DNA from: Cyanophora paradoxa CCMP329
Lineage: Eukaryota > Plantae > Glaucophyta
Length of the DNA: 64,000 bases
Direction of reading: 5' to 3'
NCBI GenBank assembly: GCA_004431415.1
Contig: QPMI01000623.1
Coordinates: 62,001-126,000, forward strand
The notes beneath the pieces were generated by a model. The model searched no databases, was not told the origin of the DNA, and was given only the letters and a program-made list of their open reading frames with translations. The translations under genes were made by a program, and so were the position numbers. This document shows positions 60,155-64,000 of the stretch, piece by piece (the first letter of the stretch is position 1; the number at the start of each line of letters is the position of its first letter).

Positions 60155-63010
60155 ATGGACAGCATCAAGGTTCGCGCTCCCACCACCCCGCTGCTCAGAA
60201 CGTGGTAGCTCTTAGCACTCAGAGTGCTGCGGCTGCGCCCGCGTTCGGCCGCCCCAAATAGACGTCGTTTTCTTTTCTCTTATCCTTTCTCGCGCCGTAG
60301 AAATGGGCCCTGTGCAAGTCGAGCAACGGCCCGGAGGAGGAGCGCCCAGCGTTCGACAATCGGGCCCGCGACATCCTCGAGCTCTGGGCTAGAGAGCTAG
60401 GTGCACACTTGCATTCGCGCCGACGCTGAAATTCGACCCCGCCTCTTGACACGCCCGCCGCAGTCGACCAGCGAAAGTACACGACCTTCGCACAGTGGGA
60501 ACAGTGCGTGCCCGAGTGCCGTGCATGAGTCTCCCTGTTTTCTCATGCTCGGTCGTCCGCAGTGACAAGGGTCAGAGGAGATCTGGTTTCCTGTGACCGC
60601 TCTGCGATATCTGACTTGCGCTCCTTTTCCTTTCTCTTCGGCTCACAGAGAAGATGATGGACGTGCGTGTATCGTCTCTCTTTCGCATCCTCGCTTTTGG
60701 CAGCGCCTGAATCTCTTCTTGCCCGCGTGACAGGCCTACTTTGCAAACGCCCGCTCGAAGGAGGATCTTGTGTACCTGAAAGAATTTCTGCGGACGATGG
60801 GAAAGTAAGCGGCTTGCATTCCTTTGTCGCGGGCGTTGCAGATTGTCGTCGCAGGTCCGTCACCAACCACCTGGAGCAGCTGTACGACGAGCAGGTCAGC
60901 GGGCTGAAGACGAAGCTCTTGCTCGTGCACCAGGCGATGGAGGACTGCCAGCTCCTGAAGTCCGTCGCCGTCGCGATCAGAGGTGCGGGGCCGCTGTGGC
61001 GTGGTCGGCGGCCTCGGGTGCGAGGGCCGCGCAGGGGAGTTCGCGGCGCGGCTGGACGAGATGGGGCGCGACATCGAGGAGTTCAAGCACAAGATGGAGC
61101 TCGTTGTGCAGATGTCCATCGGCCGCATCGAGGAGAGCCGCGGCGACAGCATCGTGCGCTTCCCCCGCTAGCCCCCGCCCGACCGCCCTCACTCCGCCCC
61201 CAGTCCGTCTTGCAAGAGGGCTTGGAGAAGGCGCAGGAGGAGATCGCTCGGTAGGCGCTGCCCCTGTCGCGCCGGCCGTCTGCGTTGACGGGCGCTGCGG
61301 GCAGGCTGCACGAGCTGCAGCGGCTGCAGGAGACGCAGAACAAGAAGGCGAAGGAGTGCATCGAGGCGATGCAGCACGCGCTGCGCAACGCGGAGCGGGA
61401 CAAGGGCATCCTCGAGCGCGGGCTCGCCGAGGCCCGCATGGAGATCGCCCGCCTCAAGGGCCTCGCCACCGCCCCGCCGTCCGCGCCCCCGCCCTCGAGC
61501 CCCCGGCGCCCGCCTGCTGACACCCCGCCGCGCAGCGCCTCGCCGCCGCCGCCGACGGCGAGCGTGCCGCTACCCCCGATCGCGGAAGGCGCTCCGGAGG
61601 TGGAGGCAGCAGCGGAGGCGCGCAGCTCGGAGGGCACCGCCGACGCTGCGCCGGCGGCGCCGGCGCCGGCGCCGGAGGAGGGCGCGGGGAGCCCGCGGGA
61701 GAGGTCGCCGCCGGAGGCCGAGCACGCACCGGCAGAGGCGCCCGAGGCCGACACTCCTCCCGCCCCCGCCGATGAGCCTGAAACCCCGTCGGCGGACCCG
61801 CCAGCTGCCCCCGCGCCGCCGCCGCCCTCGACGCCGGCGGCACCGGCAGCGGCGAACGGCGCGCCGGTCGCGGCGCCGGCGCCGGCGCCCCTCGGGAAGA
61901 CGATGCTTGCGAAGACCCCGATCCCCTGCCCGCGGCAGCGGCAGCGGCTGCGACGAAGCCGATGGCCGGCGCTCAGCCCGGCGGCAGGTCGCAGGCAGCA
62001 GCAGCAGCGCCCCCGGGCCACGCTTCGGCAGCGCCGGGCCCGGTCGCGGCGGCGAGCAGCGAGCAGAAGAAGCCGGCAGGGGCGCAGGGGCCTGCCGCGG
62101 CGTCCAAAGCGCCTGCAGGGCAGCAGGCTGCGCCCGCCGGGCGGCCGCAAGCACAGGCGCAGGGGGCGGCAGCGAAGCTCGCGCCGTGGCAGTCGGCGCG
62201 GCCAAAAACCGCCCCGGCCGCCCCGAGCTTCGTGCCGTCACCGGCGGTGGCGGCGGCGCGGGCGAGGGCGGAGGCTGCGGCACGCGCGGCGGCGGCGGCG
62301 GCGGCGGGGCCGACGAAGGCGGGGAGCCCGCCTTCCCAGCGGCCGGCGCCGGCGGCCGGCGCGGCGGGGGGCGCGGCGGCGGCGTCGGAGATCGGGACGG
62401 GCGGGGCGAGGTGAGTCTGGAGCGCTTCGCGGAGCTCTTCCAGCTCTCCCCGAGGGCCGTCGAGGTGCCCCGGGCGCGCCCGCACGCCGCGGGGCCGCGC
62501 CGACGCCGGCCTCCGCAGCGGGCGATCGCGGAGGAGGAGGAGAAGCGCAAGCGCGAGGCCGCCGCCGCGGAGGCCGCCCGCAAGGCCGCCCACGCCCCCA
62601 AGCCCGGCACCGCCCCCGCGGCCGCCAAGCCCGCGCTGAAACCCGCCCCCGCGCCTGCGCCCGCGGCGGCCGCGGCGAAGGAGGCCGCCGCCCCGCGGCC
62701 CGCCGCCAACGGCGCGCCGAAGACGGAGACACCCGCGGCGACCCCCGCGGCGGGGCCGGCGGCGGGGCCGGCGGCGGGGCCGGCGGGGGTTGCGGGCGGG
62801 GAGAAGCCGACGAAGAAGCCGAGCGAGGAGTACACGGAGGAGGAGAATCCGTTCGCCGAGGGTGCGCGCCCCGCCCGCCCCCCTCGCCCCGCCACCCCAG
62901 CCCGGCCCAGCGGCGGTTGACGCGGTGCGGGGCGCAGGGTGGTCGCCCCTGGACGCGGTGAAGAACATCGCGCCCAACCCGGGCCGCAAGATGCCACTGT
63001 CCGGCAGCTA
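60155..63010 (+). CDS. Hypothetical protein with a coiled coil and a long Pro/Ala-rich region
   Basis: Exons EFAARLDEMGRDIEEFKHKMELVVQ and LHELQRLQETQNKKAKECIEAMQ; last exon GWSPLDAVKNIAPNPGRKMPLSGS*. The start is tentative. Confidence 0.55.
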
Positions 63011-63224
63011 GCTCGAGCCTGCCCCCCGCGCGCCTCCGCCTGCCCTTGAGCTTCGGAGCACGTGTCGCAGCGCCGGCGCTGTTGAAGCTCGCGTGCGAGA
63101 GCTTGATATGCGTGCACACGTACGAGTACGCGTGCCGTGCCGCGGCCGGCGAGTGTGCTCAGTGCGCCGAAGTGCGCCGCTTAGTGCGGCTCCGCCCGGG
63201 TACAGGATTCTTGCCAGTTCTACG

Positions 63225-63974
63225 ATGACTGCGTTCTCTTTCTCCCCCGTTACCGCGAAGCCCACCAGTGCGATCACTGCAGAGGCGTTTCTAAAGCCCG
63301 CCGGACTGTCGTCCCGCCGTGCGCTGGTCGCTCGGGCCCAGCCTCGTTTTACCGCCCGCACCTTCGAGGCCGCGCCGGCTCCGAGCCGTCGGTTCTTCGT
63401 CGTCGCGTCCGAGGTGAGACGCAGCCCTTCCTCGCCGCCCGCCAGCCTGCGCGCACGTGCTTCCTGGGACCGCACAGTGACGTATGCGATCGCAAATGAT
63501 CGCACATAGCCAGCGTTACCGGACGATCACCCGTCACGTTTAGCCCATCATTGCTCGCAGTCCGCCCGAGGGCAGTCCGCCCCGGGGAGTGACGCATCGC
63601 AGGAGCAGGAGAAGCCCGAGGTGCCGGCGGCGGGCGGGGACAAGAAGAAGGACATTTACATGTCGGACGAGGAGATGGACACCCCGAAGTGTACGTCTGC
63701 GAATGTGGCACCGGGCGTGGGGCCAGCGCGCGTCTCACTGGGAGCAGACGTGGCGACGCCGCGGCAGCGGAAGATGCTCCGGGACGAGGTCGCGAACCCC
63801 TACCGCCAGAATTGGTTCTTCCTCATCTCCGTCGGGGTCCGCGCCCCCGGCCCCCGGGGCGCGCTCCCCGCCTCGTATGAGCCTGTGGCCTCCTCACTAA
63901 CCGCCGGCCCGGCCGGTGCCCCGATCCAGATTGCGATCCTTGCCATCCTTAGCTACGTGACCGGCGCAATTTGA
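63225..63974 (+). CDS. Small plastid-targeted membrane protein
   Basis: Transit-peptide-like exon 1 MTAFSFSPVTAKPTSAITAEAFLKPAGLSSRRALVARAQPRFTARTFEAAPAPSRRFFVVASE and a C-terminal hydrophobic helix NWFFLISVG|IAILAILSYVTGAI*. Confidence 0.7.
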
Positions 63975-64000
63975 TGCGACCTCGGGCGGCACTGCGGCAC

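Overview
This is eukaryotic nuclear DNA, very GC-rich and gene-dense, with about 24 protein-coding genes. Most are broken by many short introns (about 50-75 nt), so most long ORFs in the supplied track are artefacts of GC content; the gene models below were spliced by hand. Plastid-type transit peptides with an N-terminal Phe, a plant-type ZCCHC10 and a centriolar DUF4485 protein suggest a flagellate archaeplastid, most plausibly a glaucophyte such as Cyanophora (inference). Recognisable genes are RABGGTB, PI synthase, BCKDH E1-beta, ZCCHC10, VID27, NOG1/GTPBP4, a METTL21-like methyltransferase, a NAA80-like GNAT, PDH E1-alpha, a FixL-type heme-PAS protein, a four-CH-domain protein and a START protein. 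The most notable observations are: (1) an unassigned, highly structured ~265-nt minus-strand RNA candidate at 32958-33221; (2) two near-identical U17/snR30-like H/ACA snoRNAs in consecutive NOG1 introns; (3) a predicted lipid-anchored TIR+ARM protein with an intact catalytic Glu; (4) a synonymously recoded duplicate of a methyltransferase terminal exon; (5) an atypical splice code with GYSCGC donors and frequent GC-AG introns; (6) two copies of a Helitron-like non-autonomous element carrying 184-198 bp tandem arrays. No CRISPR array, tRNA or rRNA was found.
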